Origin: an uncultured Nitrospira sp.
GTDB taxonomy: Bacteria; Nitrospirota; Nitrospiria; Nitrospirales; Nitrospiraceae
Direction of reading: 5' to 3'
Length of the DNA: 64,000 nucleotides
Assembly (NCBI GenBank): GCA_964449255.1
Contig: CAYUYE010000002.1
Span: 250,318-314,317, forward strand
Part shown: piece by piece, positions 57,564 through 64,000 of the stretch
Numbering within the stretch: position 1 is the first letter of the stretch
Layout of the letters: each line of letters starts with the position of its first letter
Notes under the pieces: generated by a model
The model's database searches: none
What the model was told of the DNA's origin: nothing
What the model saw: the letters and a program-made list of their open reading frames with translations, nothing else
Made by a program: the position numbers and the translations under genes

Positions 57564-57579
57564 GTATCCAATCAGATAC
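57564..57579. promoter_or_regulatory. GTATC-N6-GATAC palindrome (operator-like), copy C
   Basis: cGTATCcaatcaGATACg lies 33 nt downstream of the transporter stop and about 185 nt upstream of the amidase start. An extra GTATC half-site sits exactly 21 nt away (57543-57547). Confidence 0.45.
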
Positions 57580-57611
57580 GAGCGCTTGGGGGCGGACAGC
57601 TGCGATGACGG

Positions 57612-58934
57612 TTAGACTTTCGGGGGCTCGTCAACGCTCCGACGGAGCGCTTCATGGTGGCGGCCGAGATACAGGCCGTTCACAAGCCAGAGTCCTGCGA
57701 TGGGAACCGCGGCCAAGGCGGATTCGCCGATCGTGAGACCGGCCGATTGCAGCGCGTTGGATATCCAGCTGCTGGCCATGTCACCGCCCCGGTGCACGAC
57801 GGTATCGATCACGTTCTTGGCTTGATACTTCTCCTCTTTCGATACGACGGTGAAGAGGGTTTCCCGAGTCGGTTTGGCGATGGCAAACTCCCCGGCGCGT
57901 CTCAGGATGCCGAAGACCACCAGCACGGCCAAGATCGGCACCACACTGAAGACCGTAAACCCGAACACGTTGAACGCGGGCACGGCGGCAAGCAGCGTGG
58001 TGACGCCGAGGCCCGAGAGCAATCGCCCGGTGAGGAGCAGTTGGGTGAGCACCGTCACGCCGTTCACGGCGAAATCCACCCAGGCGAACAGTTGAGTCCG
58101 TTCTTCCGGGCTGCCCACGACTTGCGGCACCAACACCATCTGCTGGCTATACAGCATCGTCGACAGCACCGAGTAGCAGCCAAGATACAGGCAGATCCCC
58201 AACAGATAGCGCGATTGAAGGATGCGCCTGATGCCCACCCAGAGACTGGGTGGCTCACCAGCCTGCTCCTTGGTGGCGAGGGTATGGCCCCCCGCTCGTC
58301 TCTCGTGATGCGTGGCATGCGTCTTCAATACGGCAAAGAAACACGTCATCGCGGTCAGCAACAAGCCAATCGAGACCAGGAGCAACGGGGCCACACCGAG
58401 GGAGGGTACCATCAAGGCCGTGAACAACGGCCCCGCGACGGCGCCCAGACTTCCGCCCGCCGCGATGAACCCAAACAGCCGTCTTGCGGAGTCCGTGGAA
58501 TACAAGTCCGCCATCACGCTCCAGAACACCGAGACCACGAAGAGATTAAAGACGCTGACCCAGACAAAGAAGATGGGCGCTACGGTCGCGAGTGGTACGT
58601 CGGTGCTCAAGGCGAGGAAAAACAGGAACAGGTTGCTCGCGAAAAACAGATAGACCGTCGGGATGAGTTTTCGCACCGACAGCCGACCTGCGATCCAGCC
58701 GAATACCGGGACCAGGATCAGCATCGACACAAACACGGCCGAGAAGAGCCAGGGCAATTTGGCCGCGCCGGTCTGCACCCCCATTTCATCCCGCACCGGA
58801 CGCAAGACGTAATAGGACGCCAGTAGGGTGAAGAAATAGAGGAACGAAAACACCAGCGCGCGGATTTCCTCGCGCCTGACGGCGATGATGCGGCTCAACA
58901 GATAGTGGAGGGTGATGGGATCGGCCGTTGTCAT
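57612..58934 (-). CDS. TLC/NTT-like (ATP:ADP antiporter family-related) MFS-type transporter
   Basis: It has about 12 TM segments and the N-terminal pattern REEIRALVFSFLYFFTLLASYYVLRPVRDEMG, typical of Npt1/Npt2-like transporters as I recall. The start was moved to ATG 58934. Confidence 0.5.
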   Translation of the reverse strand: MTTADPITLHYLLSRIIAVRREEIRALVFSFLYFFTLLASYYVLRPVRDEMGVQTGAAKLPWLFSAVFVSMLILVPVFGWIAGRLSVRKLIPTVYLFFASNLFLFFLALSTDVPLATVAPIFFVWVSVFNLFVVSVFWSVMADLYSTDSARRLFGFIAAGGSLGAVAGPLFTALMVPSLGVAPLLLVSIGLLLTAMTCFFAVLKTHATHHERRAGGHTLATKEQAGEPPSLWVGIRRILQSRYLLGICLYLGCYSVLSTMLYSQQMVLVPQVVGSPEERTQLFAWVDFAVNGVTVLTQLLLTGRLLSGLGVTTLLAAVPAFNVFGFTVFSVVPILAVLVVFGILRRAGEFAIAKPTRETLFTVVSKEEKYQAKNVIDTVVHRGGDMASSWISNALQSAGLTIGESALAAVPIAGLWLVNGLYLGRHHEALRRSVDEPPKV

Positions 58935-59213
58935 GCTGGGGAATGCGGCCTGGACTATACCCGATGCGGCGGGGGGATACCACCACCACCCGCGATGGCG
59001 CTGATTGTCCGACTCCCGTTCCGGGGGCAAGTTTTTGCGAGGGGTGGGACACGCGCGTGGCGCCTCGAATGTTCCTCCTTCGTGGAAGCGGACAACTGTG
59101 GTTCGCTGCCTCACTCGTGTCTCGGAGGACTGTTGAGCGAGCGTAGCGCGGCAGGGAGCAGGGCCTGATGGATCTATGCCGAGGGTAGCCGAACGTGGGA
59201 ATCGCCTGAAGTT

Positions 59214-59250
59214 GTATCAAGCCGGATACGGAGGGTATCGGAAGGGATAC
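59214..59250. promoter_or_regulatory. two tandem GTATC-N6-GATAC palindromes, centres 21 nt apart (operator-like), copies A and B
   Basis: tGTATCaagccgGATACggaggGTATCggaaggGATACg lies in the 527-nt divergent intergenic region between the transporter gene and the nuclease gene. Confidence 0.5.
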
Positions 59251-59460
59251 GTCGAAGAAAATAGGACAGTTTCCATTTCCGCAGGATTCTGTGGAGTTTT
59301 CACTCCCCCGGCGCTGGCGGGGTCTTTGCACGTTCCCCTCTGAGTGGGTGTTGCCTCCGCGGCGGTGGGGTTCTCCAGGACGGCGACCCTTCAGGGAACG
59401 CCCCGCCATGCTCCTCAAAACTTGCACTTCCCGTCACAGGAGCCGACAGTGGAGACGGTC

Positions 59461-60399
59461 ATGCCGGTTGAACTGAGTCACATGAAAACCCTGGCTGAAT
59501 TGGCCGGGGAAGCGCAAGGGATTCTCCGAGACATGGGGCGCCTTGCGCGCGTGCCCCTCAGCAAAAAACCCCAAGATTACAGCCGGCGCAAAGGATACGC
59601 CCCGGCGTTCTTGCAACGGTTCCCCGTCCCCCGCCCGATACTGACGTGCGCCAACCGGGACGACGAAGTGCCGCTGCTCGACGGCTCGGGGACGGAACTG
59701 AAGTACGAGCATTTTTCCATAGCCATGTCCAAATCGAGGCGGCTGGCGCGGTACGTGGCCTGCAACATCGACGGCTCGCGCAGCGTGAGGATTCGTCGCG
59801 GCAAAGATACGTGGAGTCTCGATCCGCGGATCGACACACAGTATCAGTGCGGCGAAGAACTCTACGCGGACAATGAGCTGGATCGCGGTCATCTCGTCCG
59901 ACGCGAAGATGCGGTGTGGGGCGAGAAGAAAGTGGCGGCCGTGGCCAACGAAGATACGTTCCATTTTACCAATTGCGCGCCGCAACATGCGCAGTTCAAC
60001 CGAAAGATCTGGCTGGGGCTCGAGGGCTACATCCTAAAGAATTCCCGAGCGCATCAGCTCCGCGTCAATGTGTTGACGGGGCCGGTCTTTCGAGAGGATG
60101 ATCCGACCTATCGCGAGGTCCAACTGCCCCGTGAATATTGGAAGGTGGTCACGGTGGTCACGGATGGGCGCAATTCCGCCACCGCCTATATGATCAGCCA
60201 ATCCGAGCTGCTTGAGCGTCTCCGCGCGTTCGGGTTTGGCACGTACAAGACCTATCAAGTCAGCATTGCCCACGTCGAATCCCTCACCGGCCTCGATTTT
60301 GGAACCTTACGAAACTACGATGGCTTCTCAACCCAAGAACGCCGAGTTGCGGGCCCGATGCGAACGGAGATCCGATCTTGGCGCGACATTCGGATCTGA
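59461..60399 (+). CDS. DNA/RNA non-specific endonuclease (beta-beta-alpha-Me, Endonuclease_NS family), no signal peptide
   Basis: It has the LDRGHLVRRED (DRGH) motif and downstream TNCAPQHAQFN Asn. A GTGGAG RBS-like element precedes ATG 59461, and the N-terminus is hydrophilic. Confidence 0.8.
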   Translation: MPVELSHMKTLAELAGEAQGILRDMGRLARVPLSKKPQDYSRRKGYAPAFLQRFPVPRPILTCANRDDEVPLLDGSGTELKYEHFSIAMSKSRRLARYVACNIDGSRSVRIRRGKDTWSLDPRIDTQYQCGEELYADNELDRGHLVRREDAVWGEKKVAAVANEDTFHFTNCAPQHAQFNRKIWLGLEGYILKNSRAHQLRVNVLTGPVFREDDPTYREVQLPREYWKVVTVVTDGRNSATAYMISQSELLERLRAFGFGTYKTYQVSIAHVESLTGLDFGTLRNYDGFSTQERRVAGPMRTEIRSWRDIRI

Positions 60400-60468
60400 C
60401 ATCTGACAGGAGCGGTCCGATGACGCGCACGTCTTGTTACCCCCACCTCACACCTCACGGAGGATACG

Positions 60469-62592
60469 ATGCCTGAAACAACTCAGGTCCGCCTTGGCAA
60501 GAAGAGTGAACCAGGGATCACGCTCCGCAAGAGTGACGACTTGATTGCGGTGCGTACCCGTTCCACACGATCGATCAGGACAGGGGCGGTGCGTACGCCC
60601 GAGTCCGGGGAGGTAGCGGATGGGTTTCTCGTGTTCGCCATCCCGGATGCCGGGGTCGAGGTGTATCGCGTGCCGCCCGGAGCGGGTCGGCGGTCGCTGG
60701 AGGGGCGTAAATCGGCGCTTCGTGCGGCCCCGGACGTCCGTTTTGCCGGCGGTGTCATGGTCGATGACAAGTCCGGCGAACCGGTGCTTTACACCGAGAA
60801 TCTATTCATCAAGTTCGTCGATGACGCCGATCCGGAAGACTGCCGCGCCGTCATTCGAGACGCCGGCCTCACGATCAAGAAGGAGCTGACGTACGCGACG
60901 AATTCGTTTTTCGTCGGGGCGCCTGAGGGGACGGGCACGAGAGTGTTCGAGATGGCCGCCTCGCTCTTGAATCGAAAGGACGTCGAGTATTGCCATCCGG
61001 AACTCGTCCGTCCGAAAGCGCGTCGTCAGATCGCAGCGGAGCAATGGCACTTGAAAACGACAACGATCAACGGCACGCCTGTCGCCGCGAGCGCGAACGT
61101 CGAGGCGGCGCATCAAATAACGATGGGAGAGGGGGCCACGATCGCCGTCATCGATGACGGGGTGGACGTCGATCATCCGGAGTTTGCCGGGGCGGGCAAG
61201 ATTGTGGCGCCGCGGGACGCCACGCTTGGCACTGGCGATCCACGTCCGAAGGATGCGGGTTTCGAGGAAAATCACGGCACCGCCTGTGCGGGGGTGGCCT
61301 GTGCCGCGGGGACCGAAAAGGCATCGGGCGTCGCGCCCAAGGCCAAGCTGATCCCCATTCGACTCAACTCGGCGCTCGGCTCCCAGCAGGAGGCGGAGGC
61401 GTTCGAGTGGGCGGCCAACCACGGCGCCGACGTGATTTCGTGCAGCTGGGGCCCGCAAGACGGGGCGTGGTTTAACCTCAACGATCCGGCGCACAACCAA
61501 AAGGTGCCGATCCCGGCCAGCACTCGTTTGGCGATCGACTATGCGACGACCAAGGGTCGCAACGGCAAGGGATGCATCGTGCTGTTTGCCGCCGGGAACG
61601 GCAACGAAAGCGTCGACAACGACGGCTATGCCAGTTACGAGCGGGTCATCGCCGTGGCCGCCTGTAACGATCGGAGCAAGCGCAGCGTCTATAGCGACTT
61701 CGGCAAGGCCATCTGGTGCGCCTTCCCGAGCAGCGACATGGGGCACTCGCCGTTTCAGCATCCGGCGCCCCTGACAGCGGGGATTTGGACGACCGACCGC
61801 ACCGGCTCCCCCGGCTATAACTCCGGCAAGTCTTCTGAGGGCGACACCCGCGGCAACTACACGAATAGTTTCGGCGGCACCTCCAGCGCCTGCCCTGGTG
61901 CGGCAGGGGTGGCGGCGTTGGTCCTGTCGGTGAATCCCACGCTCAAATGGCAGGAGGTGCGGGACATTCTCAAGCAGTCCTGCGACAAGATCGATCCACA
62001 GGGCGGCAACTACACGGCCGAGGGCTGGAGTCGGTTCTACGGCTACGGGCGGTTGAACGCCGAGACGGCGGTGAAACTCGCGAAGCCGTCGACCAACAAC
62101 CGTGTCTTGATCAGCCGCACATTCAACGAACCGGTTCCGGACCTCCAGACCGTCACGGTATCGCTCGACGTCAACGATGCGACCGTGGTGGAGAATCTGA
62201 TCGTGCATTTGGATCTGGAGCACACCTACATTGGTGATCTGATCGTGACACTCATGCCGCCGTCCGGGTTGGCGCCGGCGAAAGTCACGTTGCACAATCG
62301 CGCGGGCGGCGCCGCGCAGAACATCAAACGGTCCTATGACATGCTGGATACGACCGCGCTCGCTGCCTTCAAGGGCAAAAACCTCAAGGGGACTTGGACC
62401 CTCAAGATCCAAGATGCGGAGGCACGGGACGAAGGCACGCTGAAGCAATTTGGGCTCGAATTGGTGTTCGGATCGGGCGGGATGCGTATGGAGGGTGCGC
62501 CAGGCAATGGGACCGGCGCGCGGACCAGACGCGTGGCCGGAGGCCGTGCAAGAACGACTGCGGGGCGGCGTCGGACGGCCCGTCAGAGCTAA
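60469..62592 (+). CDS. S8-family subtilisin/kexin-like serine protease with proprotein-convertase P-domain, no signal peptide
   Basis: The catalytic motifs are AVIDDGVD (Asp), HGTACAG (His) and GGTSSACPGAAG (Ser). The P-domain pattern is HTYIGDLIVTLMPPSG ... LKGTWTLKIQD. It also has a ~190-aa N-terminal pro-like region and an Arg-rich C-terminal tail. Confidence 0.85.
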   Translation: MPETTQVRLGKKSEPGITLRKSDDLIAVRTRSTRSIRTGAVRTPESGEVADGFLVFAIPDAGVEVYRVPPGAGRRSLEGRKSALRAAPDVRFAGGVMVDDKSGEPVLYTENLFIKFVDDADPEDCRAVIRDAGLTIKKELTYATNSFFVGAPEGTGTRVFEMAASLLNRKDVEYCHPELVRPKARRQIAAEQWHLKTTTINGTPVAASANVEAAHQITMGEGATIAVIDDGVDVDHPEFAGAGKIVAPRDATLGTGDPRPKDAGFEENHGTACAGVACAAGTEKASGVAPKAKLIPIRLNSALGSQQEAEAFEWAANHGADVISCSWGPQDGAWFNLNDPAHNQKVPIPASTRLAIDYATTKGRNGKGCIVLFAAGNGNESVDNDGYASYERVIAVAACNDRSKRSVYSDFGKAIWCAFPSSDMGHSPFQHPAPLTAGIWTTDRTGSPGYNSGKSSEGDTRGNYTNSFGGTSSACPGAAGVAALVLSVNPTLKWQEVRDILKQSCDKIDPQGGNYTAEGWSRFYGYGRLNAETAVKLAKPSTNNRVLISRTFNEPVPDLQTVTVSLDVNDATVVENLIVHLDLEHTYIGDLIVTLMPPSGLAPAKVTLHNRAGGAAQNIKRSYDMLDTTALAAFKGKNLKGTWTLKIQDAEARDEGTLKQFGLELVFGSGGMRMEGAPGNGTGARTRRVAGGRARTTAGRRRTARQS

Positions 62593-62763
62593 CGAGCTGA
62601 TGGATCCTGTGCGGCGGGAGTGAGTTTCACAGAATGAGGCCACCCGAATCACGGCGGCCTCATCCTGGACAAAAGGCGCAGACGAGAGCCTATCTCAGGA
62701 TAGTGAGAGTCAATTCGATCGTGACCTGTGACTGCGTGACCTCCTGGCGGCTGACAGAGAGCA

Positions 62764-62832
62764 AGCAGCTCAGGCTAGGTCATAGGGAGGAATGCGACCC
62801 ATCGCTTCCGGCGCCTGGCGCGGCATCCCTTC
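62764..62832 (+). repeat. copy 2 of the ~68-nt intergenic direct repeat
   Basis: The core TCGCTTCCGGCGCCTGGCGCGGCAT at 62802-62826 is identical to 42522-42546, and the flanks are similar (AGCAGCTC...GAGGAA.GCGACC). Confidence 0.8.
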
Positions 62833-63366
62833 AAACCGCACTTCGTGTGAGCCGGCAGCTCATCGGGCAAAGCCCTCCCCATTGACGCTGCCGGATAAGC
62901 ACCTTGAATTCCTCAATACCTGATCAGTTCACTGAAGGTGTCTGTCCGTGCGCGATCGTGGCGCTGCGAATGCCCGGCACTATCAAGGGAGTTGAGAGCG
63001 ACTAAGTCGGAGGGGTTTCTCCGGCGGCGCAAGGAAGACGGCTTCGCCGGAAGAGCCGCCGGTACTAGCGAGCTTGGTCGGAACGCCACCGTTGACAAGC
63101 TTGTTCCCGCTCGGAAATCGAGGGGAGCGGCGGTCAATCCTCAAGCAACTGTAAGATCGACCCTAACCTCTTCACGGAACAGGGCCCGGCAACCCTGCTA
63201 CTTTCCATGAAATTCGTGCCTAGGGAATAGCAAATTCCTTTCCTTAGGGTTCTATGCTATGGAGGGGACACCGAGACGGCGGGGCTCATGCCGCGGGGAC
63301 TAGAATCTTGTGCCAGGTGTAAGATCAAGGGCAGACCCCGTTAACTCACGGAATAGTGGACGTCAA

Positions 63367-63663
63367 ATGAAGCGCAGGTACATCGGTATAGCGCTCGTAA
63401 CGATACTGGCGTGGATTGGCTTGGCTACGCCGTTGTCGATTCTGTGTGAGTTCACAGAGACCTGCAGCGGCTGGTTGCTTTGGTTGCTTCAAAAGTATCC
63501 CGGTAAGCTCTTTGTTCCAGAAGCGCAATCAATTGACTCAATGGTGTATCTGGCGGACACCTTTGGCTTCCTCGTTGGCGGGGTCCTATCGATAGTACTT
63601 GGCTATATATTGACGAAACTGGCCAGGAGGAGGACGTTGCAGACGGATGGGGGTAAATCATGA
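63367..63663 (+). CDS. small membrane protein (98 aa, 2-3 TM), immunity-protein-like
   Basis: It has hydrophobic helices IGIALVTILAWIGLA and FGFLVGGVLSIVLGYIL. Local G+C is visibly lower than the rest of the window. I recognise no family. Confidence 0.45.
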   Translation: MKRRYIGIALVTILAWIGLATPLSILCEFTETCSGWLLWLLQKYPGKLFVPEAQSIDSMVYLADTFGFLVGGVLSIVLGYILTKLARRRTLQTDGGKS

Positions 63664-63670
63664 GTCGTAA

Positions 63671-63856
63671 AATGGTCAATGCACCCTCTATGCTGTCGAT
63701 CCCCTCGACCGAGTCATGCAACTGACCAACGCGATCAACGGCCTCAAGGGCTTCATCTACGATGACAACGACAATCTGGCGACGGTGACGGAAGCCGGGG
63801 TCACGACGACCTACACCAATGTGGTACGGAGAAAAGGGGGCAGGCTACTGTTTTGA
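63671..63856 (+). pseudogene. orphan YD/Rhs-repeat fragment
   Basis: The frame translates to ...LYAVDPLDRVMQLTNAINGLKGFIYDDNDNLATVTEAGVTTTYTN..., about two YD repeats. It is bounded by stops at 63668 and 63854, with no full-length Rhs gene around it. Confidence 0.5.
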
Positions 63857-64000
63857 AGCTTTACGGTGCCGCCCCCGGGCGCGCAGGGTGGATGCCAGTC
63901 CGACATGGCCGCGATGGGCTGTCTCCCTGTGGCCGCTCCACCTGGCTGTTGCCGATTCACACAGGTACAGAGCGTCGCAAGGTCATGCGCGAAGAGGGAG

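Noticed and set aside
60802-62652. A 616-aa minus-strand ORF covering the S8 protease gene.
   Set aside because: - It is antisense to an ORF with an intact catalytic triad and P-domain.
- Its translation is Arg/Gly/Pro-rich with no motifs.
62634-62663. The hairpin ATGAGGCC-N14-GGCCTCAT after the S8 protease gene, considered as an intrinsic terminator.
   Set aside because: - No T tract follows and the loop is large.
- It may still be a structural element, but it cannot be called a terminator.
42485-62832. The 20-kb segment between the direct repeats as an integrated genomic island with att sites.
   Set aside because: - There is no integrase, recombinase or tRNA at either boundary.
- The interior is mostly ordinary metabolic and housekeeping-type genes of normal composition.
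- I retain only the repeat itself as a finding.

Overview
This is a 64-kb, GC-rich (about 60% by eye, not computed) chromosomal segment from a diderm bacterium. Many of the proteins look Nitrospira/Nitrospirota-like to me, but I cannot verify that without a database search.

I call about 64 protein-coding genes, one tRNA-Pro(GGG), a few promoters and terminators, and several repeats. I saw no rRNA, no CRISPR array, and no intact IS element, transposase or integrase.

Layout:
1. 0-5.7 kb, housekeeping: cimA fragment, ihfA, merR-like, tRNA-Pro, surE, dedA, cysS, rlmB.
2. 5.7-21.6 kb, type IV pilus/pseudopilus locus: orphan LuxR HTH, prepilin peptidase, a first minor-pilin quartet, a GspE/PilB-type ATPase, a second minor-pilin quartet, a small secreted protein, a 1471-aa PilY1-like vWA adhesin and a membrane-anchored Ig-like protein. 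No major pilin, platform protein or secretin lies in the window.
3. 21.7-29.7 kb: phoH-ybeY-ftsY, a tandem-receiver response regulator, an M1 aminopeptidase, a TolB-like propeller and a PAP2 phosphatase.
4. 29.7-32.5 kb (minus strand): GT2 / LAB_N / ArnT-like glycolipid-modification trio.
5. 32.6-42.4 kb: secreted hypothetical, MidA-like methyltransferase, tatA, tatB-like, porin, thrH, YkgJ-type Cys-cluster protein, PQQ-sugar dehydrogenase, EVE-domain protein.
6. 42.4-43.5 kb: gene-poor patch holding an 82-aa HEXXH protein.
7. 43.5-56.4 kb: lysine-catabolism-like trio, PstS-like protein, LemA/TPM/TPM module, CFA-synthase-like methyltransferase, cytochrome c peroxidase / DUF1264 / cytochrome c / OM barrel, rlmI.
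8. 56.5-64 kb, accessory-looking end: endolysin-like amidase, TLC-type transporter, a leaderless non-specific nuclease plus a leaderless kexin-like S8 protease, then a lower-GC tail with a small membrane protein and an orphan YD/Rhs repeat fragment.

Best candidates for something new:
- The nuclease + S8 protease cassette.
- The helically phased GTATC-N6-GATAC palindromes beside it.
- The duplicated minor-pilin architecture.
- A 68-nt direct repeat present at 42.5 kb and 62.8 kb.

All functional calls rest on motifs I recognise by eye. No searches were run.
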